This document shows positions 1 through 8,950 of a stretch of 64,000 bases of DNA, in pieces. Positions within the stretch are counted from its first letter, which is position 1; each line of letters starts with the position of its first letter. The notes beneath the pieces were generated by a model. The model was not told the DNA's origin. It saw only the letters and a list, made by a program, of their open reading frames with translations, and made no database searches. This DNA is from Flavobacteriales bacterium (GTDB taxonomy: Bacteria; Bacteroidota; Bacteroidia; Palsa-965), in assembly GCA_040377305.1 (NCBI GenBank), contig JBEIPA010000026.1, positions 1-64,000 on the forward strand, read 5' to 3'. The translations under genes were made by a program, and so were the position numbers.

Positions 1-130
1 GAAAGGTTGCTGAAGGCAAAAACAAAATGCTGGTCATCAACGCAATCAGAAATAAGATTGTGCTGAGGGCATGTGCTGTTTTAAGAGGAGAAACTTTTTA
101 CACTCCTCCCTTGACTTTGTCATAGGAATC
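1..130 (+). mobile_element. Right end of an IS110-family insertion sequence
   Basis: Transposase stop at 125 followed by GAATC, then directly a host palindrome; the end position (about 130) is inferred from the broken hairpin arm. Confidence 0.6.
3..125 (+). CDS. IS110-family transposase/recombinase, C-terminal fragment (5' part outside window)
   Basis: Frame 3 reads KVAEGKNKMLVINAIRNKIVLRACAVLRGETFYTPPLTLS*. It resembles the GKxKMxxxNAxRNK C-terminus of Bacteroidota IS110 transposases. Not in the ORF track. Confidence 0.8.
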   Translation, partial: KVAEGKNKMLVINAIRNKIVLRACAVLRGETFYTPPLTLS

Positions 131-166
131 GGTCTGACAACATACGTATTGTCAGACCGAGTAAGC
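129..166. repeat. REP-like hairpin (TCGGTCTGACAA-N8-TTGTCAGACCGA)
   Basis: Perfect 12-bp inverted repeat at 129-140/149-160. Reverse complement of 149-166 is identical to 55083-55100. Confidence 0.8.
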
Positions 167-221
167 TTAAACAATTGCGTAGCAAGTTGGTGTAATTTTC
201 AGCTGTACCGAGGGAGGACAA

Positions 222-1271
222 CTAGAAAAAACTCCGATTATCACTCCTCGAATTCACATTCGAATAAATCCCGGTATAAATCAACATAAACTCCATCGCT
301 CCCATTCCTCCGGTTGCCTGATTGAGTTTGGAGATGTTGTAATCGTAATTGAATGCAACACCGATCGCAGCAATATCGACGCGCACATATCCAGACATCG
401 CATCACCTAAGCGATACATCGCACCGAATGTGAAGGATTTCTCTGAACGATAATCCGTGTACCGCGAACGATCTGAGAATTTGATTTTGTTGCCGAGACC
501 GATGTTGATCAAGCGCGCGGGACCGTGTTGTGTAACCATGAACTGGGGAACGAGCCATGATTGTCCACCTTCTCCGAGTTGTATTTCTGCTTTCCAGTGC
601 ACATTCAGGCGCATGTATAACTTGTCGCTTTGCCCAAGAAAATCAATGCGCGGACGATTCACATGCAATGCAGCTACTCCTCCACTCATTTTGAAACGTT
701 TGTTGCCGGTCATTGTAATTGCGGCACCAACTCCAAAATCAAAATAAGTGAACGCGTCACCGAAGCTGGCCTGCTCTCCTGTTGCAAGTTGCGAATCGTA
801 TTGCAATCCGTCCCACTGCATGCCCCACGAACTTGCACCTGGTGAAATACTTCGCTGCGCAAATCCAAGTTGAGCACCCATGGAGAAATACGTATTCCCG
901 ATTCCGTCGAGCGATTTGTTGTAAGAGAACAAGCCGTTGTACGTGTTGTTCTTCAGCGTTGTTGAACCGGCTTTGTCCATATTCACATTCAATCCAACAG
1001 CGAAAAAGTCGGGACTCGTTTTCCTTCTGTCGTTTTTGCGGATCACATAATCGCCACCAAAAGTGTATGTCGTGAATGGTTTGATGGGCGTCCACTGCAT
1101 GCGATAGTTGTTGATGATACGCAGATCGCCGGTGAAGTTTCCTGTCAACGCCGGATTAATCGTTAACGGAGCCATCGTGAACATGGAATAATGGTAATCC
1201 TGCGCATTAGCTGTGAATGCGAGAGCACCGAGTCCGAGTGCGAATACTAGTTTCTTCATCGTCGTTGTCAT
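222..1271 (-). CDS. PorP/SprF family type IX secretion system membrane protein
   Basis: Signal peptide, then QDYHYSMFTMAPLTINPALTG and NYRMQW motifs typical of PorP/SprF; lies directly downstream of a type B CTD protein. Confidence 0.9.
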   Translation of the reverse strand: MTTTMKKLVFALGLGALAFTANAQDYHYSMFTMAPLTINPALTGNFTGDLRIINNYRMQWTPIKPFTTYTFGGDYVIRKNDRRKTSPDFFAVGLNVNMDKAGSTTLKNNTYNGLFSYNKSLDGIGNTYFSMGAQLGFAQRSISPGASSWGMQWDGLQYDSQLATGEQASFGDAFTYFDFGVGAAITMTGNKRFKMSGGVAALHVNRPRIDFLGQSDKLYMRLNVHWKAEIQLGEGGQSWLVPQFMVTQHGPARLINIGLGNKIKFSDRSRYTDYRSEKSFTFGAMYRLGDAMSGYVRVDIAAIGVAFNYDYNISKLNQATGGMGAMEFMLIYTGIYSNVNSRSDNRSFF

Positions 1272-1278
1272 ACTGAGT

Positions 1279-1312
1279 GGTTCGACGAGCTCACCATAAA
1301 CTACGTCGAAGG
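1279..1312. repeat. Short palindromic REP-like element (TTCGACG...CGTCGAA)
   Basis: GGTTCGACGAGCTCACC...CGTCGAAGGA; a related stretch TGAACTTCGTCGAAGG occurs near 27519-27534. Confidence 0.4.
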
Positions 1313-1316
1313 ATGC

Positions 1317-3731
1317 TTATCGAACTAAAGTTAAATCACCTTTGTGCGTTTCCGTTCTTCCATCGAAGTACTCCACATTACAATACCACGCGAAGATCCC
1401 TCCGTTCATCGCTTTACCCCGGAGTGTTCCGTCCCAGCCATCATTCACACTTTGCGTTTCAAAAACTTTTTCTCCGTAGCGATCATACAACACAAATTCC
1501 AGTGTTTTAATTCCGGCGCCGTAAACAAACAACATATCGTTAGCACCATCTCCATTGGGTGAAAATGATCCGGGCACAAAGAATCCATAAGCTTCAACAA
1601 CCTGCACCGTAACTGTATCAGAACCGCTACATCCATTCGCATCCGTGTAGTTCACGGTATACGTGGTTGTCACAGTCGGACTTGCAGTTGTGCTTGCGCT
1701 GTTCGGCGAATCTAATCCGTTCGTGGGCGACCACTGGTAATTTCCACTTCCACCGGTTGCTGTCAATGTTGTTTGATTTCCGATTGCTATGCTCACCGCA
1801 ACGCCCGCATCAACAGTTGGTGGAGTTCCTGCAGTAATGACCAGTGTCGTTGTGTCTGCACCAAATGCATTCGTGACGATCAGCGTAACGGTATAAGTTC
1901 CCGGTGTGTTGTAACAAATTGTATTTGGATTTTGTTGAGCAGAACTCGCAGGAGTCGCACCCGTGAATGTCCACTGCCAACCTGTTGGAGCTCCTGTGCT
2001 GTTATCGGTGAAGTCAATACATTCCCCAGCACAGATTGCTGTTTGACTTGCAGTCGATGCTGCAGTTGGAACTGTACACGGTTGAACAGTTACCATTACC
2101 TGATCGCTTGCTGTACACCCAATCGCATCGGTCACGAGCAATGTGTATGTTGTGGTTGCTGCCGGTGTCACAGTATAACTTGCTGTAGGTTGATTGCCCG
2201 GTTGCCAGAGATATCCAACTCCACCAGAACCATTCAATACTGTTTGCTGTCCGGTGCAGATTGTAACATCGGCTCCGGCAAATGCAGCAGGTGGTGGATT
2301 TACCGTGATGTATCCGGTCTTCTGAATCGTTCCGCTCCCGTTCGCGTTTGTTGCTGTTAAGGTTACCGCAAATATCCCTGGTGAGTTATAACAGATATTT
2401 GTTGGATTCTGCACAAGCGAAGTTGGTGTTACAGCTCCACTGAATGTCCAGCTCCACGAGGATGGATTATTCGTACTGAGATCGGTGAAGTTGATACAGT
2501 CGCCAACGCAAATAGTTGTATCATTCGCAATAAAATCTGCAACTGGAACTAAACAAGGTGCTACAGTCACTGCGACTTGTGCCGAGTTTGTACAGCCGTT
2601 CGCATCGGTGCCAACCACAGTGTAAGTTGTCGTTGCGCCGGGCGTCACATTAACAGGTGAACCCGAAATATTTCCGGGATTCCAAACATACGTTGATGCA
2701 CCGCCACCAGTAAGCGTTGATTGCTGTCCAACACAAATGCTGCTTGGATTCGCAGAAGCAATCACTGTTGGATTTGGATTCACTGTGATTACAACTGTTG
2801 CCGTATTGCTTCCGTTGCCATTCGTTGCAGTAAGAGTAACTGAATACGTCCCTGCAGCAGACCATGTAACACCGGTTACGTTTTGCGTTGCAGCATTGGC
2901 TGGAGTTCCCGAAGGAAAAGTCCACGCCCAGGAAGTTGGAACTCCGGTTGAAGCATCTGTAAAATTGACAGCTTGTCCAATGCAAACCGAAGTTGCACTC
3001 GGTGTAATTGCAGCAACTGGAGGACCCGCAACAGGAGTCGCAAGGGTGATATCATCAACCGCGAAAGATGGATCGGCTCCGGCACCGTCATCGTTGTTTA
3101 CCCACAAAAATCCAATCTTCACATTCGGATTATTGTTCGCAGATGCAGGAAGAGTTGCTGTGAACGCAGTCCACCGTCCTTGCCCTCCGGGACAATTCAC
3201 CAGCGTTTGTGCGGAATTGATTAATAATGTCCACGTCGCGCCATCGAAATACCAAACAGAAGCGTCATCGTTAGGCGGTTGTCCATTCTCGATGTAATTA
3301 AATGCAAGTATAATGTTGCTTTGTCCGGTGCAATTGATTGTTGGTGATTCAATGCGACGATTCGTTTGAGGACAGGTGATTATTCCGCACAATCCACCTG
3401 CATCGTATGCAGCGCCTACATCTCCCATAGAGTTTGGATGCGAACCCAAATGCAGAGTGGCTTCCGTAGCCGTAGCGCTTGCCGGTGCACAACCTGTTCC
3501 GCAAATGTTATTTGTGTGTCCGTTCTCAGCACAGCTCACGTACCACATATTCGGATCTGCTCCTTCAATACCCGTAATGGTTTGTGACCACGCCCCGTTT
3601 GGACCCACATAAATGCTGGCATCGCAACCGGAAGTACAGCCGTTGTTGAAGTTTTCTGTCCAGAATACCTGTGCATTCAACGCGAAAGCAGACAACATGA
3701 GAATAGCTGCAACGAGTAACTTTTTTACCAT
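1317..3731 (-). CDS. T9SS type B (gliding-motility/CHU_C CTD) protein with PKD and Ig-like repeats
   Basis: Signal peptide; three PKD repeats (FTDxSTxxPTxWxWTF); C-terminal FSPNGDGxND...YDRYG...WDG...GDLTLVR. ATG 3731 preferred over the track start at 3740. Confidence 0.9.
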   Translation of the reverse strand: MVKKLLVAAILMLSAFALNAQVFWTENFNNGCTSGCDASIYVGPNGAWSQTITGIEGADPNMWYVSCAENGHTNNICGTGCAPASATATEATLHLGSHPNSMGDVGAAYDAGGLCGIITCPQTNRRIESPTINCTGQSNIILAFNYIENGQPPNDDASVWYFDGATWTLLINSAQTLVNCPGGQGRWTAFTATLPASANNNPNVKIGFLWVNNDDGAGADPSFAVDDITLATPVAGPPVAAITPSATSVCIGQAVNFTDASTGVPTSWAWTFPSGTPANAATQNVTGVTWSAAGTYSVTLTATNGNGSNTATVVITVNPNPTVIASANPSSICVGQQSTLTGGGASTYVWNPGNISGSPVNVTPGATTTYTVVGTDANGCTNSAQVAVTVAPCLVPVADFIANDTTICVGDCINFTDLSTNNPSSWSWTFSGAVTPTSLVQNPTNICYNSPGIFAVTLTATNANGSGTIQKTGYITVNPPPAAFAGADVTICTGQQTVLNGSGGVGYLWQPGNQPTASYTVTPAATTTYTLLVTDAIGCTASDQVMVTVQPCTVPTAASTASQTAICAGECIDFTDNSTGAPTGWQWTFTGATPASSAQQNPNTICYNTPGTYTVTLIVTNAFGADTTTLVITAGTPPTVDAGVAVSIAIGNQTTLTATGGSGNYQWSPTNGLDSPNSASTTASPTVTTTYTVNYTDANGCSGSDTVTVQVVEAYGFFVPGSFSPNGDGANDMLFVYGAGIKTLEFVLYDRYGEKVFETQSVNDGWDGTLRGKAMNGGIFAWYCNVEYFDGRTETHKGDLTLVR

Positions 3732-3789
3732 GAAAATCAAAGTTTGCTTCCCGAATATAAAAACTTATACGAAGCAATCATGGCATTGT

Positions 3790-4830
3790 TCACTGTTTGA
3801 GAAGAAATTCCAACGTATCAACACCGTCGGCATATTCCCAAGGCTGTGGCTTCTGTGCATTACCCGGCAAGACCGAATTTTCAAGCGACAAATTCGTTAC
3901 GACGCATTGAATTAATTCACGGTCGGCACGCAATCTCAACCCGACTTCCTTAATATCACTATACTCTTCGAAGTACAACACCCCGGGAGGAGATGCAATT
4001 CCTACATCACGTTTGATGACGAGGAAATTATTGTCCAGCAAAGGTTCGTTATTGAGCATGTAAATGGTGCGGTTGTAATCGTAGTTATTCATGTACTTCC
4101 GATTCATGAGCAACACATCTCCCCAAGGAAAAATAGCTTCGAAAAAGGAATCGAACCTATAGCCTTGCGGTACAAAAAACTTGGTAATGTTTCTGCAACC
4201 TAATCCATAGTAACGAAACACATCTTCACCAAGATTTTTAAGATCAGCTACGCTTTCCTTTCCGTCGAGCACCGCAACACTATTCCTGTTTTTACGAATG
4301 ACATGCGGAACCTTCGCAAAATAATATTCGAAGTAACGTGATGAATTGTTGCTGCCCGTTGCTATTACAGCATCCACTTCACCGAGTTTACCATGAGCGA
4401 AAGTGATTCTGTCTTTTAGCCGAGCATCCTGATCACACAGAATCTCCGCAAAAAACGGAAGAAGGATGTTATCATCGCTTGAAAGCTTGCCGACATAATC
4501 GTGACCGGCCAATAACACATGAGCGAAGTCGTCGTAGCCCGCTGCAGGAATGTTCCCCGCTGCAATTACTCCAATCTTTTTGCCACTGAAATCATCAGGC
4601 AAATGGTATGCAGACAACCATTTCGTCAGGGTCTTCTCCTCTAACTGAGCCGCGATTTCACGAATTCGATGTTCAATGTTGTCTGGACTAAACCAATTGT
4701 TGGCTGCGTGTGCCCGTCTCGTTAAGTCGTGGAATACACCCGAATACCTGTGCTGACCGTCCTTATCTAGAATCAGTCTAAGTTCGCCTGCAAAGTGCTT
4801 AAAAACGTCAATTCGCTCACCAGCCTTCAT
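3790..4830 (-). CDS. Acyl-CoA reductase (LuxC-like), Bacteroidota type
   Basis: AAGNIP, DAVIATGSNNSSRYFEYYF, FRYYGLGCRN and WEYADGVDTLEFL motifs. Start reset to ATG 4830 because the longer track ORF overlaps the ferredoxin antisense. Confidence 0.85.
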   Translation of the reverse strand: MKAGERIDVFKHFAGELRLILDKDGQHRYSGVFHDLTRRAHAANNWFSPDNIEHRIREIAAQLEEKTLTKWLSAYHLPDDFSGKKIGVIAAGNIPAAGYDDFAHVLLAGHDYVGKLSSDDNILLPFFAEILCDQDARLKDRITFAHGKLGEVDAVIATGSNNSSRYFEYYFAKVPHVIRKNRNSVAVLDGKESVADLKNLGEDVFRYYGLGCRNITKFFVPQGYRFDSFFEAIFPWGDVLLMNRKYMNNYDYNRTIYMLNNEPLLDNNFLVIKRDVGIASPPGVLYFEEYSDIKEVGLRLRADRELIQCVVTNLSLENSVLPGNAQKPQPWEYADGVDTLEFLLKQ

Positions 4831-4902
4831 ACTTTGTCTTAATTTTACCGCCTGCTCCGAAGGAGTCCGACGGACAAAACTAACAATTAAGCACGTCAAC
4901 TT

Positions 4903-5250
4903 ATGGCAATCAAAATCACTGAGGAATGCATCAACTGTGGTGCATGTGAACCAGAGTGTCCAAACAACGCAATCTACGAAGGTGGCGCTGAATGGCGTTT
5001 CGCTGATGGAACAACTATCAAAGGAACTTTCACTGGAAAAACCGGTCTTACTGCTGATGCTGAATCTGCACAAGAACCAGTAAGCATGGATCTTTATTAC
5101 ATCGTTCCGGATAAATGTACTGAGTGTGTTGGTTTCCATGACGAACCACAATGTGCTTCCGTTTGCCCGGTAGACTGCTGCGTAGATGATGAAAATCACC
5201 GCGAGTCAAAAGAAGAATTGACTGCTAAGAAGGATTCACTCCACGCTTAG
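4903..5250 (+). CDS. 2[4Fe-4S] dicluster ferredoxin (YfhL-like)
   Basis: CINCGACEPECP and CTECVGFHDEPQCASVCPVDCC motifs. Confidence 0.95.
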   Translation: MAIKITEECINCGACEPECPNNAIYEGGAEWRFADGTTIKGTFTGKTGLTADAESAQEPVSMDLYYIVPDKCTECVGFHDEPQCASVCPVDCCVDDENHRESKEELTAKKDSLHA

Positions 5251-5268
5251 TTCAATCATAAACAATTC

Positions 5269-5308
5269 AAAAATGCCATTTGGTTCACTCCGAATGGCAT
5301 TTTTTTTT
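5269..5308 (+). terminator. Intrinsic terminator after ferredoxin
   Basis: AAAAATGCCATTTGG...CCGAATGGCATTTTT stem followed by a T run. Confidence 0.85.
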
Positions 5309-5348
5309 GTGATCTGTACCATAACTTTACATTCTACGTTATAATCCA

Positions 5349-6275
5349 GTGAAAGCAGTCCTCCGAATCATCATCGCGTTTCTACTTTTGGCGCCGCTTA
5401 GCGGTTGGGCTGTTCCTACACTACAATCGCTACAGGATTCCCTGAAGGTTACCGGACCAAAAGTCTTCAAAGGCAAAGACCAGGATAAACTCGTTGCCAA
5501 CCAGAAGTTCACTGACTTAATGCGTCAGGCACTTGAAATGGAAGGCGCTTTCGATTTCGGATTTGACTCGTTGAACTTCATTGGTCGTTTGAAATCACCC
5601 GACAACGCATTCCGCATTTTCAATTGGAACATTCCGTTCGAAGACGGCACACACAAATTCTATGGTTTCATTCTTGTCGATCAGGATCAGATTGAAGGAA
5701 AAAAAATCAAGAAAGCAAGAATGAAAAACAAGTCCCGTTATGTTCTGTATGAGCTAACGGATCAATCCGATTTCATTCGCAATCCGGAACTAAGCGCACT
5801 CAACTGCGACAAATGGTTCGGGTGTTTGTACTACAAGATTATTCTCACCACGAACAAAGGCAAAAATTACTACACGCTTTTCGGGTGGGATGGAAACACA
5901 AAGTTGTCGTGGAAAAAAGTAATCGAGGTTATGACTTTTGCCCGCGATGGACAACCGGTGTTTGGTGAAGAATCAACTTTTCAGGTGAACAAGCTCACCA
6001 AACGTCGCGTCATTTTCGAATTCAAAGCAGAGTTGGCGATGACGTTGAAGTACGAAGACAAGCCGAAGAAACGAATTGTGTTTGATGTACTCGTTCCTGA
6101 AGTTCACGGCGCAGAAGGAATGGCTCAGTTCATGGTCAACTCAGGCTCTTACGACACTTATGAGTGGAAAAAAGGCAAATGGGTATACGTGAAAGATGCC
6201 GATATCCGCAACAAAAAGGATAAGCGCGACGGAGATTATAAGGCTCCGGATGGGATGGAACCGCCGAAGAATTGA
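5349..6275 (+). CDS. Conserved hypothetical secreted protein
   Basis: 308-aa ORF, GTG start, signal peptide, SPDNAFRIFNWN and WFGCLYY...YTLFGWDG segments. No function assigned. Confidence 0.75.
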   Translation: MKAVLRIIIAFLLLAPLSGWAVPTLQSLQDSLKVTGPKVFKGKDQDKLVANQKFTDLMRQALEMEGAFDFGFDSLNFIGRLKSPDNAFRIFNWNIPFEDGTHKFYGFILVDQDQIEGKKIKKARMKNKSRYVLYELTDQSDFIRNPELSALNCDKWFGCLYYKIILTTNKGKNYYTLFGWDGNTKLSWKKVIEVMTFARDGQPVFGEESTFQVNKLTKRRVIFEFKAELAMTLKYEDKPKKRIVFDVLVPEVHGAEGMAQFMVNSGSYDTYEWKKGKWVYVKDADIRNKKDKRDGDYKAPDGMEPPKN

Positions 6276-6276
6276 G

Positions 6277-6471
6277 TGGAACGCGGATTTTTACTTCCGA
6301 TGTTTTCTACGTCTATTCTCGGATCATCCTTGTAAATTGAACGTTTCTGAAATTGATTTTATGAGAGAAGCTCGAGTTTATCTCATAAAATCCAATACCT
6401 GCTTATTCTATTCAGCAGAATCATCTGAGGGAAGTAACTAACACCTAACGGACATCAAAATCCGCGTTCCA
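6277..6471. repeat. 195-bp palindromic MITE/REPIN-like element
   Basis: Perfect 15-bp terminal inverted repeat TGGAACGCGGATTTT/AAAATCCGCGTTCCA and central inverted repeat at 6355-6392; arms homologous to the units at 18016-18500. Confidence 0.85.
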
Positions 6472-6585
6472 TTTTGCGAATCGTTAACAACTGCCAAAGC
6501 AATTATGGAATCTTAACTCCTCTTGCATCTTCTTGGCAAAATTACCTGTAGCGATTGCCGTTACTTGGTATAAAACAAAAACGCC

Positions 6586-7626
6586 ATGTCTACCTACAAA
6601 CTTCTCCTACCCTCTGCCTTTGCAGCTTTCTTCATGTTCTCTTGCGCCGCTGATTCTGAAAGTGAAGATCACGCCAAACGAATGAGTGATGAAGTTGCAT
6701 ACGATTCGGTTTCCTCTTATTCTGTTACAACTGAAGATTACAATGGCAATAACATTACACCCCCTGGAGTAGCTGACGCTGAGCAATCACTGCGAAACGA
6801 GTTGCAATTCAAAAGCAACATCGACTCTATTGGAAAAGTTCTGGTTTCGAATGCAGCATCGATGAATGCGCTTGATAGTACGCACTTGTTCATTCGCACC
6901 GCGGATGTTCGTTGTCGTGTAGACCAGGTAGCAGGCTCAACTTACACTGTGGAGAAGGTAGTGAATGGTTTGGGCGGATATGTAAGTAACACGCAGCTTG
7001 CAAGTAATCAGACCTGGCAGTATCAAACGCAGGTAAGTGATGATTCACTCAAACAGATTTCGAAGTTTGTGGTGACGAACAACGTAACGATTCGTGTGCC
7101 TGCAAAAAATCTCGACAGTTTATTGAAAGCACTTGTTCCGCTGGTGGAGTACATGGACTATCGCACGGTAAATGTGAACGACATTACGCTCGAGCAAATT
7201 GCAATTCAACTCGAGCAGGCGCGTCTTGCAAAGTACAATGCCATGCTGCAGGAGAAGGTTGTTGATCAGACTTCGAAGCCCGACAAACTCATGGATGCGG
7301 CTGATGCCATGCTGGCGAAACAAGCTATGAAAGATCTCGCTTATATCGAGTCTCTGCGCTTAAACGACCAAGTTGCGTATGCGACCGTAAACCTTCAGCT
7401 TTATCAGCCGGAAACAACTTCTACGGTTATGATTTACAATGAGCGCCCTCAACCACCCTACGAAATCGGAATCGGAGAACGTTTGGGCAATGCCGTTTAC
7501 GCAGGCTGGAAAGGCTTCAGCTATATTCTTTCCGGACTTGTAATCCTGTGGCCACTTTGGTTGGTTGGTGGATTGGTCTTCTACTTTGTGCGTCGCCAGA
7601 TGAAGAAGGCAGCAAAAGTCGCTTGA
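6586..7626 (+). CDS. DUF4349-family lipoprotein
   Basis: Lipobox FSC, FIRTADVRCRV, TIRVPAKNLD, DQVAYATVNLQLYQ, and a C-terminal TM segment (LWPLW). Confidence 0.8.
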   Translation: MSTYKLLLPSAFAAFFMFSCAADSESEDHAKRMSDEVAYDSVSSYSVTTEDYNGNNITPPGVADAEQSLRNELQFKSNIDSIGKVLVSNAASMNALDSTHLFIRTADVRCRVDQVAGSTYTVEKVVNGLGGYVSNTQLASNQTWQYQTQVSDDSLKQISKFVVTNNVTIRVPAKNLDSLLKALVPLVEYMDYRTVNVNDITLEQIAIQLEQARLAKYNAMLQEKVVDQTSKPDKLMDAADAMLAKQAMKDLAYIESLRLNDQVAYATVNLQLYQPETTSTVMIYNERPQPPYEIGIGERLGNAVYAGWKGFSYILSGLVILWPLWLVGGLVFYFVRRQMKKAAKVA

Positions 7627-7632
7627 TTCAGG

Positions 7633-7769
7633 ATTTGAAGATTGGAAAATTTGAAGATTTGAATATAATCACGTCCCTACGAGCGTGGAACTTGAGCTAA
7701 TCAACGTTTCACGCTCGTTTTTCTTACACTAACTCATTTTCGAATCTTCAAATCATCAAATTTTCGAAT
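7633..7769. repeat. Inverted pair of degenerate octamer arrays (ATTTGAAG)n ... (CTTCAAAT)n
   Basis: Four octamers at 7633-7664 and four complementary octamers at 7738-7769. Confidence 0.8.
7679..7722 (+). terminator. Intrinsic terminator after DUF4349 gene
   Basis: ACGAGCGTGGAAC...GTTTCACGCTCGT stem followed by Ts. Confidence 0.75.
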
Positions 7770-7815
7770 GCGCCTGCGTGCGATTTCGTAATTTTGAAGT
7801 ACAATTTCCAACTCG

Positions 7816-8910
7816 ATGTCTACAACAGTACTTACCAAAAAGGTCCACAACTTCAGCGCCGGGCCTGGCATTCTTCCTCCTGAAGTTTTGAAGCAAGCTG
7901 CAGAGTCTTGCATCAACTTCGATAATCTCAATCTTTCATTGCTTGAGATTTCTCACCGCAGTAAAAACTACGAAGCAGTAATCGATGAAGTTCGCGCACT
8001 CACAAAAGAGTTGCTTGGCATTGGCGATGGCTGGCAGGTACTTTATCTCGGTGGCGGAGCGAGTCTGCAATTCGGAATGGTTCCGATTAACCTGTTACGC
8101 GATGGCGGCACTGCTGCTTACGTGAACACAGGTGTGTGGGCGAGCAAAGCAATCAAGGAAGCGAAGATCATCGGCAATACAAAAGTGATTGCGTCTTCAG
8201 AAGACAAGAAGTTTGGCTACATCCCGAAAGGATATGAAATTCCAACTGATGCGGATTATCTCCACATCACTTCCAACAATACGATTTACGGAACGCAGAT
8301 GAAGTCGTTCCCGAAATCACCGATTCCGGTTGTGTGTGATATGTCTTCTGATATTTTCAGTAAGCCATGCGATGGAAATCAGTTCGGATTGATTTATGCA
8401 GGTGCGCAGAAGAATATGGGCCCTGCAGGAACAACCATGGTTGCTGTTCGCGAAGATCTTCTGGGTAAAACCGGAAGAAAGATGCTAAGCATGCTCGATT
8501 ATCAGGTGCACATCAAAGGCGGTACGATGTACAACACTCCTCCTGTGTTCCCAATCTACGTTGTGTTGCTTACACTTCGTTGGTTGAAGAAAAACGGCGG
8601 ACTGAGTTGGATTGGTGGAATCAATCAGGCTAAAGCAGATGCGATGTATGGTGAAGTTGATCGCAACACGTTATTCACCGGCACTGTAGTCGACAAAGCA
8701 GATCGTTCGAACATGAATGCTTGTTTTGTGATGACCAAACCTGAACTCGAGCCTGAATTCGACAAGATGTGGAAAGAAGCTGGCATCTCCGGCATTCGTG
8801 GTCACCGCGATGTAGGTGGATACCGTGCGTCTCTATACAATGCTTTGCCGATCGAAAGCGTGAATGCGCTGGTTGAAGTAATGCAGGAGTTCGAAAAGAA
8901 ATTCGCTTAA
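7816..8910 (+). CDS. serC: Phosphoserine aminotransferase
   Basis: HNFSAGP, GGASLQF, NNTIYGT, DMSSD, YAGAQKNMGPAG, YNTPP and GHRDVGGYRASLYNA motifs. Confidence 0.97.
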   Translation: MSTTVLTKKVHNFSAGPGILPPEVLKQAAESCINFDNLNLSLLEISHRSKNYEAVIDEVRALTKELLGIGDGWQVLYLGGGASLQFGMVPINLLRDGGTAAYVNTGVWASKAIKEAKIIGNTKVIASSEDKKFGYIPKGYEIPTDADYLHITSNNTIYGTQMKSFPKSPIPVVCDMSSDIFSKPCDGNQFGLIYAGAQKNMGPAGTTMVAVREDLLGKTGRKMLSMLDYQVHIKGGTMYNTPPVFPIYVVLLTLRWLKKNGGLSWIGGINQAKADAMYGEVDRNTLFTGTVVDKADRSNMNACFVMTKPELEPEFDKMWKEAGISGIRGHRDVGGYRASLYNALPIESVNALVEVMQEFEKKFA

Positions 8911-8950
8911 CGGTTCTCAGTTTCAGGTTCTCAGTTCCCGGTTAAAAATT

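Noticed and set aside
4831-5199. N-terminal extension of the 469-aa track ORF
   Set aside because: It is the antisense shadow of the ferredoxin gene; the reductase most plausibly starts at ATG 4830.
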